Origin: Spirochaetia bacterium
Lineage (GTDB): Bacteria > Spirochaetota > Spirochaetia > DSM-27196 > Salinispiraceae
Length of the DNA: 64,000 bases
Direction of reading: 5' to 3'
Assembly: GCA_038204425.1 (NCBI GenBank)
Contig: JBBRCZ010000012.1
Coordinates: forward strand, 35,447 to 99,446
The notes beneath the pieces are model-generated. The model did not search any database. It worked only from the letters and a program-made list of their open reading frames with translations, and was not told the DNA's origin. The position numbers and the translations under genes were made by a program. This document shows, one piece after another, positions 29,560 to 38,229 of this stretch (its first letter is position 1; every line of letters begins with the position of its first letter).

Positions 29560-29811
29560 ATTCATTCTCCAACTTTTGTATATGAACCAGTTTTTGACCT
29601 TAGTTGAGGCAAAAAAACCGGCCGATGTTTTTTCCATCTGAGATGGCAGAGCTTAGCAATACAACGTATGTTAAGCAAAAAACACCGATGATTCATAATA
29701 CACCCGGTTTTCCAAAGCGCTTATAAGCAAAAAAGTTGGATTTGTTTGTAAAAACAACGAATGTTGTTGATTTACGTATGGCAATCAGCATTTTTTTGGA
29801 GTAAAATCAGT

Positions 29812-30186
29812 TCAATGTGGAAATATTTTTTCGGTAATTTTTTCAAAGCTTACCCTTTGCTTGCTGGTAAAGCTTGCTTGGGCGGTAGCCAAACCTCCTG
29901 CCACTTCTTGCAATTGCACAATTAGCCTTTGCATTGCCATGGCAGCCTCTTGGTCCCCATTTTCGGATTTTTGTGTCCAGTTGAGCATCTTGTCTACAAG
30001 TTGGTCGTAGTATTTAATCTGCTTATCAATACTAACAGTCTGGTCGGAAGTTTGCCCTAAAGTTTGCACACTAGGCTGACCGACTGCTTTTGAGTCTTTG
30101 TTGTGACACGAAACAAAAAACCCAAAAAAAAAGAGAAGCGACAAGGCCGCACAAGCAGCCATTGTTCGAAGTACCTTTTTTGGCAT
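29812..30186 (-). CDS. Small helical lipoprotein, hypothetical
   Basis: Lipobox FVSC; helical C-terminus similar to the neighbouring gene product. Confidence 0.7.
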   Translation of the reverse strand: MPKKVLRTMAACAALSLLFFFGFFVSCHNKDSKAVGQPSVQTLGQTSDQTVSIDKQIKYYDQLVDKMLNWTQKSENGDQEAAMAMQRLIVQLQEVAGGLATAQASFTSKQRVSFEKITEKIFPH

Positions 30187-30189
30187 TAA

Positions 30190-30549
30190 CTACTGATCAC
30201 TTGAGGCGTTGTTGTATCTTTGATTGATACTTTCAAACCGTTCTGTCTGCTGCTGATTAAAATTGACAATTTCAATCGCTAAGCGGGCCCCCAAATCGGC
30301 TACTTGAGAGGTCAAGAGACTCGCATCGCGGGAATTTACGGGGGCCGAGTCTGCACCGCTCGTCACGACTGCGGCCAAAAGACGCTCATACTCATTCAAG
30401 AGCAAATCAATATTGTTTAGATCTATGGTTGTCAAAACAGGAGCCGAACCTGGCTGTCCCAGTACTATAGTGGTGCTTGTTTGTTCTGCTTTGCCACAAG
30501 CGCTGACCAATAAGGCCACCACCACCAAAAAAAATAGCTTAAATTTCAT
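30190..30549 (-). CDS. Small helical lipoprotein, hypothetical
   Basis: ATG 30549 with GGGGAG RBS; lipobox VSAC. Confidence 0.72.
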   Translation of the reverse strand: MKFKLFFLVVVALLVSACGKAEQTSTTIVLGQPGSAPVLTTIDLNNIDLLLNEYERLLAAVVTSGADSAPVNSRDASLLTSQVADLGARLAIEIVNFNQQQTERFESINQRYNNASSDQ

Positions 30550-30598
30550 CGTTTGATCTCCCCAGCTCAGTCTAATCAAAAATCCGAGAAAGTGCGAG

Positions 30599-31741
30599 CT
30601 ATTTTATAGAACCAACCGCCATTTGGCTATCTAGAATGGTCTTAAATGCCTGCCAAATGTCGCCAGGTATCGTCCTGTTCCACAACTCGTTCATACTAGC
30701 GCGGATATTCTCTAACTGCTGAACGTCTGGATCAAAACCAAGCAAGAGCGCGCAGTGGCGCAAAGCGTGCTTGCCAGAATGCTTACCAGGGATAAAGTGG
30801 TGCTTTTGACCGACCAACTCGGGTTGCAAAAAAGTATAGGTCTCGGGATTCTTCAACAAGCCGTCGACATGAATACCAGACTCATGGGTAAAAACTAAAG
30901 AGCCCACCACAGGTTTGTGGGCAGGTATTGAATGACCGGTGATACCGGCAACCAATCTGGAAATTTCGGGGAGCGCTGACAAGATTACGCCTGTATTTAC
31001 GCCTTCTATAACACTTAGAATGGCCACAATTTCTTCCAGAGCCGTGTTACCGGCGCGCTCCCCTAGGCCATTGACCGTACAAGATACAGCGCTGGCTCCT
31101 GCATTAACTGCCGCAAGCGCGTTGGCGGTGGCCAGCCCAAAGTCATTGTGCGCATGAAACTCAAGTTGAATCTTAAGCGTACGACTGAGCCTTGCCACTA
31201 CCGCATCTACCCCTGCAGGAGTCATACAACCAACAGTATCAGCAAAACGAACCCGAAATGCGCCTGCTCGCTCAGCTGTAGCAAATAGATCTTCCAGAAA
31301 GTTTTCACTTGTTCGCGAGGCATCTTCGGCCCCCAAAATAACTTCTACGTCGCGACTACGACATAAATCAATCATCTGCCGTGACTTTTCTAAGACCCAG
31401 CTGCGGCTCTTATTGATCTTGGACTCCAGCATAATGTCAGAAGTCGGAACGCTTAGGTGGATGTATCGTGCGCCGCAGGCCAAAGACACTTCAACATCGC
31501 TTAGCAGCAGTCTATTCCACGCAATAACTGGCCTGTCCGCATGCTCTTGTTGGATCAGCTTAAAGGCAAGTTGGTCGTGGGGTCCCATAGCCGGAAAAGC
31601 CGCCTCAATTTCTGGCACGCCTGCCGAAACAAGCATACGCGCCAGTTGCAGCTTTTGATTGAGCATAAAAGCCGTACCGGGTGCTTGCTCCCCATCGCGC
31701 AGAGTTGTGTCAATTAATATCGGTTGTACTGAGCCGATCAT
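30599..31741 (-). CDS. nifV: Homocitrate synthase (NifV type)
   Basis: [54 protein letters not shown]; no LeuA regulatory domain; ATGA overlap with the upstream ORF. Confidence 0.85.
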   Translation of the reverse strand: MIGSVQPILIDTTLRDGEQAPGTAFMLNQKLQLARMLVSAGVPEIEAAFPAMGPHDQLAFKLIQQEHADRPVIAWNRLLLSDVEVSLACGARYIHLSVPTSDIMLESKINKSRSWVLEKSRQMIDLCRSRDVEVILGAEDASRTSENFLEDLFATAERAGAFRVRFADTVGCMTPAGVDAVVARLSRTLKIQLEFHAHNDFGLATANALAAVNAGASAVSCTVNGLGERAGNTALEEIVAILSVIEGVNTGVILSALPEISRLVAGITGHSIPAHKPVVGSLVFTHESGIHVDGLLKNPETYTFLQPELVGQKHHFIPGKHSGKHALRHCALLLGFDPDVQQLENIRASMNELWNRTIPGDIWQAFKTILDSQMAVGSIK

Positions 31742-32661
31742 ATTCCGGCCTTTTGTAAGACGGCCCACAGACGCTGGTGCAGTTCACGTGCGGCTTGATA
31801 GCCAAAATATCGATTGTTAAACCCAGAAACTCTTTCGTGAAAGGGGTTACCCAGTCTGGCTCGCAATAGCTCAAGTGCTTGCGATAAACGATTGGACTTA
31901 CCGCAACCAAGGATAAGCTTAATTTCAAATCGTCTAACGTACTCTTCTATACCTACAAAGTCAGTATCGGCAAGCAGCTCCACTCTGGCGGAACCTGATA
32001 CGGCCTTAAAGCGGCGCTTATCGAGTCTAACTGAACCTGCGTCGGTAGCAAGTACTTTTACCTGCAAACCAATGTCTAAAAGAAGAGCCGTCAATCCAAA
32101 TGAAAGTGAGGACTCTCCGTAGACCAAGGTGCTAATTCCTGCAAATTCTTTTCGAGTTTTTTCAAACAGATCAAAGCTTGCTTGACGCTCAAAAGCGCTA
32201 TCCGCCGACATATTGGAACCGGAGAGTTTTTTTAGTAGCAAATAAAACGAATCACTTAGTTTCAGCCCAATCGGCAGTTCTAAGGAATAAAGTGGTATTC
32301 CTGAGCTGTCGAGCAAGTAACGACCCGGACTGGAATCTTGTTGTTCTTGTTCCCCCAGAGCCAACTCAAGACTAGCGGCAGCAGCATACATACTTTCTAT
32401 TTCGGCTAGACCATTTTGATGCGCTTCGTTTACTTGGCGTGGCAAAAAAACTGGTATAAGCGCATGCTCGAGAAGAGTTTTTTTGAGCCAATTTACATCA
32501 TCGAGTGAGACGGGCCCCGGAAAAACATTGATTCGATTGAACTCACGCTCTTTGCTAGCATAGACCGGTGTACAAAGACGCAAGATTTCTCGTGCAGCCG
32601 CGTGTACGCCACTTTTGTAAATTCCAGAATTTTCTTCAGTAGCAGAACTTAGCCGTACCAT
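31738..32661 (-). CDS. Divergent, N-terminally truncated nitrogenase component-1 family protein (NifN/NifK-like)
   Basis: INVFPG..S..D...[40 protein letters not shown]....YFGY.AA match the C-terminal two-thirds of NifN/NifK; the Cys-bearing N-terminal domain is missing. Confidence 0.75.
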   Translation of the reverse strand: MVRLSSATEENSGIYKSGVHAAAREILRLCTPVYASKEREFNRINVFPGPVSLDDVNWLKKTLLEHALIPVFLPRQVNEAHQNGLAEIESMYAAAASLELALGEQEQQDSSPGRYLLDSSGIPLYSLELPIGLKLSDSFYLLLKKLSGSNMSADSAFERQASFDLFEKTRKEFAGISTLVYGESSLSFGLTALLLDIGLQVKVLATDAGSVRLDKRRFKAVSGSARVELLADTDFVGIEEYVRRFEIKLILGCGKSNRLSQALELLRARLGNPFHERVSGFNNRYFGYQAARELHQRLWAVLQKAGI

Positions 32662-32672
32662 ATTACATACCT

Positions 32673-32688
32673 TGCAAAGTCCGTGCCA
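32673..32688 (-). promoter_or_regulatory. sigma54 (RpoN) -24/-12 promoter
   Basis: Minus strand TGGCACGGACTTTGCA is an exact TGGCAC-N5-TTGCA match, directly upstream of nif-related genes. Confidence 0.85.
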
Positions 32689-33013
32689 CAAACCCTGCAA
32701 GATGAATATTTTTAACTAAAAGCTTATAATTGTCTAAAGCAAACCCAGCTAAAACGCTTTTGACGCAAAAAATACCTACAGATTGCTTACAGCCTGCAAA
32801 GTAACTACCTACTTAGTATAGACATGCAAAGCACTGACTCTGATCCAATTATTTGGCAGGCAAGGTGTTTGACCGCAGCACTGCAAAAACGGCTCAGTGC
32901 GCTGATGTGAGAACTGTGCAAGATTGAGGTTCAAAATTAACCCAAGCGTACATTCTTGCCGCCGATTTTACAACGTTTGTGTAGTCTAATCAATGCAATA
33001 GTACAATTTTGTA

Positions 33014-33676
33014 TCAATAGTTCGAGTTTATGGCAGCTCGTGCGATAGTGTTCTTGTTCTCACGCAGTATTTGATAATTCTGCATTCTATCAAAAACTTC
33101 TATCATCAGGTTCTTATCAGGATAGATGTCTTGTCCATTGAGTTCAAGTAAGAGCAAAACTTGGTGACAAGCCTCAAGGGTAGAAAGGCAATAATCGGCA
33201 GGTTGTTTTTTTATAGTATAGCGACTTTTTTGGTCTGCAGAAAACGTTATTCTTGGCAGACAGCCAAGCCGCGAATTGCGTCGAAGCATACTGCTCGCGC
33301 AGGACCACGTAGCGTCAAGCACAAAGATAAGCAAAGGCTTTCCGGTTTCGAAAAACATGGACCGATGCTGTACGGAGGTCGGATCTTGACGATCGAGAAC
33401 TATTGCATCAACGCCGGGATAGAGCAAAACGGGCTTATAGCAGCTGTCTGCTAAGAGCTGGCCAACCCGTTGATGCTCATCAAAACACAGGCCCATGTGA
33501 ATTTCCGAGTTTTGCAAACAGAGACTGGCTAAGCGACCAGTGTTGGCTTTTTCACGCTTAAACTCTTTGGGGTGCATCAAGATCACAAACTTGCTGCGCG
33601 TTGGCATTGCGGCAATGCTATTGCACCAGCAGAGCTCTTGCGGCCAAAAGCACCGGTAACACATGGTTCGACTCAT
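33014..33676 (-). CDS. DTW-domain tRNA-uridine aminocarboxypropyltransferase (TapT-like)
   Basis: CYRC....LCWC, LMHPKE....NTGRL, LLYPG, LDATW, LSTLEA. Confidence 0.88.
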   Translation of the reverse strand: MSRTMCYRCFWPQELCWCNSIAAMPTRSKFVILMHPKEFKREKANTGRLASLCLQNSEIHMGLCFDEHQRVGQLLADSCYKPVLLYPGVDAIVLDRQDPTSVQHRSMFFETGKPLLIFVLDATWSCASSMLRRNSRLGCLPRITFSADQKSRYTIKKQPADYCLSTLEACHQVLLLLELNGQDIYPDKNLMIEVFDRMQNYQILRENKNTIARAAINSNY

Positions 33677-33741
33677 TTCAAAAGATACTACCAGCCAGCC
33701 AAGGCTCTGTATATGCGCGCTCCACCAAGTTGTAGTAAGTT

Positions 33742-34353
33742 ATGTCCATGAAGGATGAACATAGTAGCAGCAAAAATGGCCACCAAAGCCATGTGGCAGA
33801 CAATCTTATGGATCTATTGGCAGAATACCAATCGATTTGGCCTGGCGAATCCGCAACGATAGAAAGCTTTGACAGTTTTGTAAAAAGCGGTGAGATTCTG
33901 CAGGGCAAGAACAACTTAAAGCGACACATTACCGCGAGTGCGTTTATCATAAACAGCGATTGCAGCAAGACCCTACTGACTCACCACGTCAAGCTGGGTA
34001 TCTGGGTTCAATTAGGTGGACATACCCAACCTGGAGAAGACTGGCTGGACGCCGCGCTACGCGAGGCTCATGAAGAGTCAGGCATAGTTGACTTGAGCGT
34101 TGTGGATCAGGGACTTTTTGACATCGACATTCATGCCATCCCAGAACGCGAGCTGGTGCCGGCCCACGACCATTATGACTTGCGCTTTCTGCTCAAGGCA
34201 GATGACAGTCAGGCACTCACCGTCAGCGACGAGAGTCATGACTTAGCATGGGTTTCGCTACGTGAGCTGGACAAATACTCGCAAGAAGTCTCAATTAAAC
34301 GTATGGCAGACAAGATAATGCATCATGCCTCACCCGAGGAAGCAGGTTACTAA
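33742..34353 (+). CDS. NUDIX hydrolase
   Basis: HITASA, WVQLGGH, Nudix box AALREAHEESG, DIDIH, HYDLRF. Confidence 0.92.
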   Translation: MSMKDEHSSSKNGHQSHVADNLMDLLAEYQSIWPGESATIESFDSFVKSGEILQGKNNLKRHITASAFIINSDCSKTLLTHHVKLGIWVQLGGHTQPGEDWLDAALREAHEESGIVDLSVVDQGLFDIDIHAIPERELVPAHDHYDLRFLLKADDSQALTVSDESHDLAWVSLRELDKYSQEVSIKRMADKIMHHASPEEAGY

Positions 34354-34357
34354 GACC

Positions 34358-34537
34358 ATGGCAGGATGTGGTTATGTCTGCCCACAATGCGAAGGACTTG
34401 AGTATCTAGACGATGGCAGCCCATGTGACTGGTGTCAAAAACCTCTTTTGGTCGAGACCATTAAAATAGAAACTGCGGACCTGCAGGACTGGATTGATAC
34501 AGTCCATCAAGGCCCGTGTTGTAGCGACCTATATTAG
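34358..34537 (+). CDS. 59-aa Cys-rich putative metal-binding protein
   Basis: ATG 4 nt after the NUDIX stop; GCGYVCPQCEG...PCDWC...VHQGPCCSD. Confidence 0.7.
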   Translation: MAGCGYVCPQCEGLEYLDDGSPCDWCQKPLLVETIKIETADLQDWIDTVHQGPCCSDLY

Positions 34538-36129
34538 CGTGGACCCGTCAATCCAAACCCAAAACCCATAGCTTGGCGGCGCGCATGCCACCCATCAGCA
34601 GCGGCTGCTTTGCCGGTGTAGCCCCAGGTTCCGGAAAAGCCAGTTCCATCCGATAGCAAAAAGAACTTAAACCATCCATTGCTCTTGGTCTGCTTCCAGG
34701 TTCCAGCCAGAACAAGCTTACCTGATTCCAACGATACGAGACCATCTATTTGGCCGCCATCGTGATCATAAATACCGCTGACCTTTTGGCCGGAAACCAA
34801 GAGTTCCATGGTGTTGCTGTTTTTGCCGCTACTACCCCAAAAAGTATCCCAGCCACCTGACCACTGACCTGCCGCAGCTTCCAGCTGCTCTTTTAGATTA
34901 GGCAGTGGTTTTCTAACCGTATTGGTGATGGGTGTATTGACAACACTCTTACTATCCCGGCTCGCAATAGCCGTTAGTTCGGCTGCGTTTAAACTGCGGT
35001 TGTACAACAAAAGATCGTCCATATCACCATATAGTATGGCCCCTCTGCCGGCCGTACCAAGCTCGGCCATCTGATAGGGACCCCAGCTGGCGCCAGCCGT
35101 TTTGAGCAGACGAAGCAGCTGATCGGGCAAAACTGCATCATCAAGCCGTTTGCCATCAACCATTATTTTGAGTCTTTTGCTGGCAAAATCGCCGCTAAAC
35201 TGAATATGTAGCCATTTGTCCATCGGAAAATCGACTTCGTCGGCTACTACCGCATGATTCCAAGACTCGGTAATAGGCTCCACATTGGCAGCCCTATTTA
35301 CGTTTACAATCTTTCCTGGTTCAAGCATAAAGTAGAGCACGCCGTCTTGGTTGCGTCCGACAGTAAACGTGCGGTAGCCTCCCGAGAAAAACACCCCCGA
35401 CTTAGACCACGGAACCGCACTTGACGATAGCCTTACATTAAACGAAAAGCCAAATCCAACGGTATAGGCTTCAGGCTTTATTTGATAATTGTAAATAGTC
35501 AAGGGATACTTGCTGTCAGTATAAACACCATCATCGTTATACAAACCAGATGCAATACCACCGTCTCGCCCGCTATAGACAATAGAACCTTGCCCTGATA
35601 CGTCCTTGTTGTCATCAAAGGTAAAACGACCAATCAAACCTCTATCTAAATCAACAGACGAGGTCGATTCCGGCAGTGCTTTTAAGCGCTGCGGCCCTGG
35701 ATCCTGCATGGTGTAGCGAATACCATTAGCCCGCAAGGTTTGTGTCACCCATGCACGCTGGCCATTAAAGCCCCACAGTTCCAATTGGTTTGTATCCGAG
35801 TCGGCGCTGCTCGCAAGCACCTTGCCCTTGCTCAACAAAACAAGAGAGCCGAGTTCTATGTTGTGCCCATCCAACAATTCGTAAGGAAAAGAATTTATGT
35901 TATAAATGCCGCCTTTGAGCCCCTTGAGGTCGTAAAAAGCTTCAGCAAAAAGCTGTCCCGCATACGATCCCAAGTCACAATCGAGCGAAAGAAAAACCAA
36001 AAGTGGTGTCCTGTCACTCTCCCGCTGTAAATCAGCTTTGCTGTCCACGGCAACCAAATCTATAGCGCTAACTGCTGCCACCATGCAACTAAGCAAAAGC
36101 ATAAACGGTAAAAGCTTTTTCATCATCAT
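34534..36129 (-). CDS. Secreted protein with LamG/concanavalin-like jelly-roll domain and C-terminal beta domain
   Basis: Signal peptide; GLIGRFTFDD..DVSGQG, GDMDDLLLYNRSLNAAE; C-terminal W/G-rich segment (SGTWGY). Confidence 0.75.
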   Translation of the reverse strand: MMMKKLLPFMLLLSCMVAAVSAIDLVAVDSKADLQRESDRTPLLVFLSLDCDLGSYAGQLFAEAFYDLKGLKGGIYNINSFPYELLDGHNIELGSLVLLSKGKVLASSADSDTNQLELWGFNGQRAWVTQTLRANGIRYTMQDPGPQRLKALPESTSSVDLDRGLIGRFTFDDNKDVSGQGSIVYSGRDGGIASGLYNDDGVYTDSKYPLTIYNYQIKPEAYTVGFGFSFNVRLSSSAVPWSKSGVFFSGGYRTFTVGRNQDGVLYFMLEPGKIVNVNRAANVEPITESWNHAVVADEVDFPMDKWLHIQFSGDFASKRLKIMVDGKRLDDAVLPDQLLRLLKTAGASWGPYQMAELGTAGRGAILYGDMDDLLLYNRSLNAAELTAIASRDSKSVVNTPITNTVRKPLPNLKEQLEAAAGQWSGGWDTFWGSSGKNSNTMELLVSGQKVSGIYDHDGGQIDGLVSLESGKLVLAGTWKQTKSNGWFKFFLLSDGTGFSGTWGYTGKAAAADGWHARRQAMGFGFGLTGPR

Positions 36130-36269
36130 CCCCCAAGCACGCTCCTTAAATCTTAGAGTAATGGTAGGATCTTTTTGGTCAAAAAACAAATATTAAGAAA
36201 GGTTCTCATCAATTGCAGAGTCGATTTAAGAACCAAGCAGTATATTTGACGATAAAGGAGCAAAAATAG

Positions 36270-36665
36270 ATGGAAATTGGGACACTTTCTCCTGAGTATG
36301 TGGCAGGCAGCTGCAATATTGGCGAGGCTGAACGAGCATTACGAACCAAAGTTGGCATTGCCGGTTTGATCCTGAGTCTTTCGATAGCCACGGTATTGAT
36401 TGTATTTAAAGTTGGTTGGCCAGTTCGACTCTTGATTTTTCTTCCTGCAATGATTGCCGCAACAGGATTGATACAAGCAGGCTTTAAATTCTGCGTTAAG
36501 CTTGCTTTGGGCGGTGTAAATAATTTTTCGGACACCTTGGGAAATACTCAAAATGTAAACGATCTTGTCTCGCAACAAAAAGACATAGCAAAAGTCAGAC
36601 TCATAGTTCGCCTAAGTCTGATCTGTGCCTTGATATTTACTGGCCTAGTGCTTGCCATCAACTAA
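36270..36665 (+). CDS. Small membrane protein, hypothetical
   Basis: AAGGAG RBS; YVAGSCNIGEAER, QAGFKFCV; three hydrophobic segments. Confidence 0.75.
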   Translation: MEIGTLSPEYVAGSCNIGEAERALRTKVGIAGLILSLSIATVLIVFKVGWPVRLLIFLPAMIAATGLIQAGFKFCVKLALGGVNNFSDTLGNTQNVNDLVSQQKDIAKVRLIVRLSLICALIFTGLVLAIN

Positions 36666-36667
36666 GC
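36643..36667 (+). repeat. 25-bp direct repeat, left copy (includes the stop of the 36270-36665 gene)
   Basis: GCCTAGTGCTTGCCATCAACTAAGC, identical to 38197-38221. Confidence 0.95.
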
Positions 36668-36756
36668 GCTGGATGGCAATGACAAGATCATCCCATTTGC
36701 AATTTCTGTAAAAATCAAATATAGTTCTCGGGCATTTAAATATGGAGGTATAAAAG

Positions 36757-37356
36757 ATGAAGTTTCCAAAGCTGGTTTTTTGTGTGACAATTGTCGTCTA
36801 TTTGGTCATAGCGCCGGCGGTTTTCTCTCAGGATTTAAGCACTGACACAAGTTCGATTGAAACCATATCAACCGTTCCCAAGCTAAAATCTGACCTTTAT
36901 CCAAGTGGTATTGGGCTTGGCTTACGCGGACTTCCCGACAGCGACATAGTGCTATACTTTGCAATTCAGAACTGGTTTCAAAGCTTTGGGCTCGAGCTTA
37001 GTTTTTGGGGCATATATAACCCAGACGCATGGAGCTTTTGGGGAGGATATAAGATACTCGATTATGGAGTAATTCTTAATACTCAATACCGTTTTCTAAG
37101 CGCCGACATAGCGAGGTGGTTCTCGTTAAATCTCTATGGTATTATCGGATTAGGACATCGTGGCCAAATAGAAGACGGTTTAAACAGTCCACTAGACGGG
37201 GTATATAGAGCCAATTTTCTTGCCAATATTGGCTTTGGGATTGAACCAATCCTCTGGCAGCATTTTAGTATTCCAGTTGAAATAATGTACACTGGCGTAT
37301 ACCCAGAACTCAGCCTTGTACCAACACTGGCTGTACAATTGCGAGCGAGATTCTAG
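36757..37356 (+). CDS. Putative small outer-membrane beta-barrel protein
   Basis: GGAGG RBS, signal peptide, alternating amphipathic strands, C-terminal QLRARF. Confidence 0.65.
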   Translation: MKFPKLVFCVTIVVYLVIAPAVFSQDLSTDTSSIETISTVPKLKSDLYPSGIGLGLRGLPDSDIVLYFAIQNWFQSFGLELSFWGIYNPDAWSFWGGYKILDYGVILNTQYRFLSADIARWFSLNLYGIIGLGHRGQIEDGLNSPLDGVYRANFLANIGFGIEPILWQHFSIPVEIMYTGVYPELSLVPTLAVQLRARF

Positions 37357-38109
37357 TTGAAAACTTTTTTGCTCGGAATAGTTACTTCGTGCTTTTTATT
37401 TGGCTGCATGACTCCAATAAAGCAGGCCGAGGTTCCTATGCCCTTAACCAAGATTCCACTTGTTGCCGGAACACAACAACAAAGCTTATTCATTTTTCTA
37501 CCTGGACTTGGAGACCAACCTCAAGACTTTATCGACCAAGGCTTCGTCGAATTGGTTCAACAAAAGAACGCGGTAGATGTTTGGATAGCTGATGCACACT
37601 TTGCTTACTATGCTAACGGCAGCATCCTAGAACGTCTAGGCGATGATGTTTATAGTAGCTCACAGATTGGCGCCTACAAAAACGTCTATTTGCTTGGTGT
37701 TTCAATGGGAGGAGCTGGCAGCCTGCTCTCCGTTCGTGACTACGGACAACGGTTCAAGAAGGTAATTGTCATCGCACCATTTCTGGGAGATGGAGATTTG
37801 ATCGCAGAACTATCCCAAACTGGAGCCAAAGCCTGGCGATATCGCCCCGACGCCAATCGAGGCGTTCGAGACGAACAATTTCGCCTCTTGTGGAAATTTC
37901 TACAAAAAGACCAAGTCGACAGAGCCGAGAACGCCACCGGACCGACCTTATATTTGGCCTACGGACTGCAGGATCGTGGTAGCACAGCCCACAAATTACT
38001 AGCAGACATACTTCCAACAAAACATGTATTTACGATGCCCGGAACCCATAATTGGAAAACGTGGCTATCACTTTTTGAAGTAATCTTGGAAGAACTATCA
38101 TTTGAATGA
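37357..38109 (+). CDS. Lipoprotein alpha/beta-hydrolase (esterase-like)
   Basis: Lipobox LFGC; FLPGLGD, GVSMGG, YGLQD, GTHNW. Confidence 0.82.
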   Translation: MKTFLLGIVTSCFLFGCMTPIKQAEVPMPLTKIPLVAGTQQQSLFIFLPGLGDQPQDFIDQGFVELVQQKNAVDVWIADAHFAYYANGSILERLGDDVYSSSQIGAYKNVYLLGVSMGGAGSLLSVRDYGQRFKKVIVIAPFLGDGDLIAELSQTGAKAWRYRPDANRGVRDEQFRLLWKFLQKDQVDRAENATGPTLYLAYGLQDRGSTAHKLLADILPTKHVFTMPGTHNWKTWLSLFEVILEELSFE

Positions 38110-38196
38110 TTAAGAGGTTTCTGGTAACTATTATCAGTGCAAACAAAGTATACACTTCGCTTGCACTGACTATGGGCGCTTTTAATAGACCGGGTT

Positions 38197-38221
38197 GCCT
38201 AGTGCTTGCCATCAACTAAGC
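38197..38221 (+). repeat. 25-bp direct repeat, right copy
   Basis: GCCTAGTGCTTGCCATCAACTAAGC, identical to 36643-36667. Confidence 0.95.
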
Positions 38222-38229
38222 TCAGGTTC

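Larger units (their letters stand above)
36668..38221 (+). mobile_element. Putative integrated two-gene islet without integrase
   Basis: Bounded by the 25-bp direct repeat; has its own promoter TTGCAA-17-TATAGT (36697-36725), two genes and a downstream hairpin TCAGTGCAA/TTGCACTGA (38134-38169). Confidence 0.55.

Noticed and set aside
32700..33013. NifA upstream activator site (TGT-N10-ACA) or a frameshifted NifN N-terminus upstream of the sigma54 promoter
   Set aside because: I found no exact TGT-N10-ACA by eye, only half-sites such as CCTACA, and no recognisable NifN N-terminal motif.
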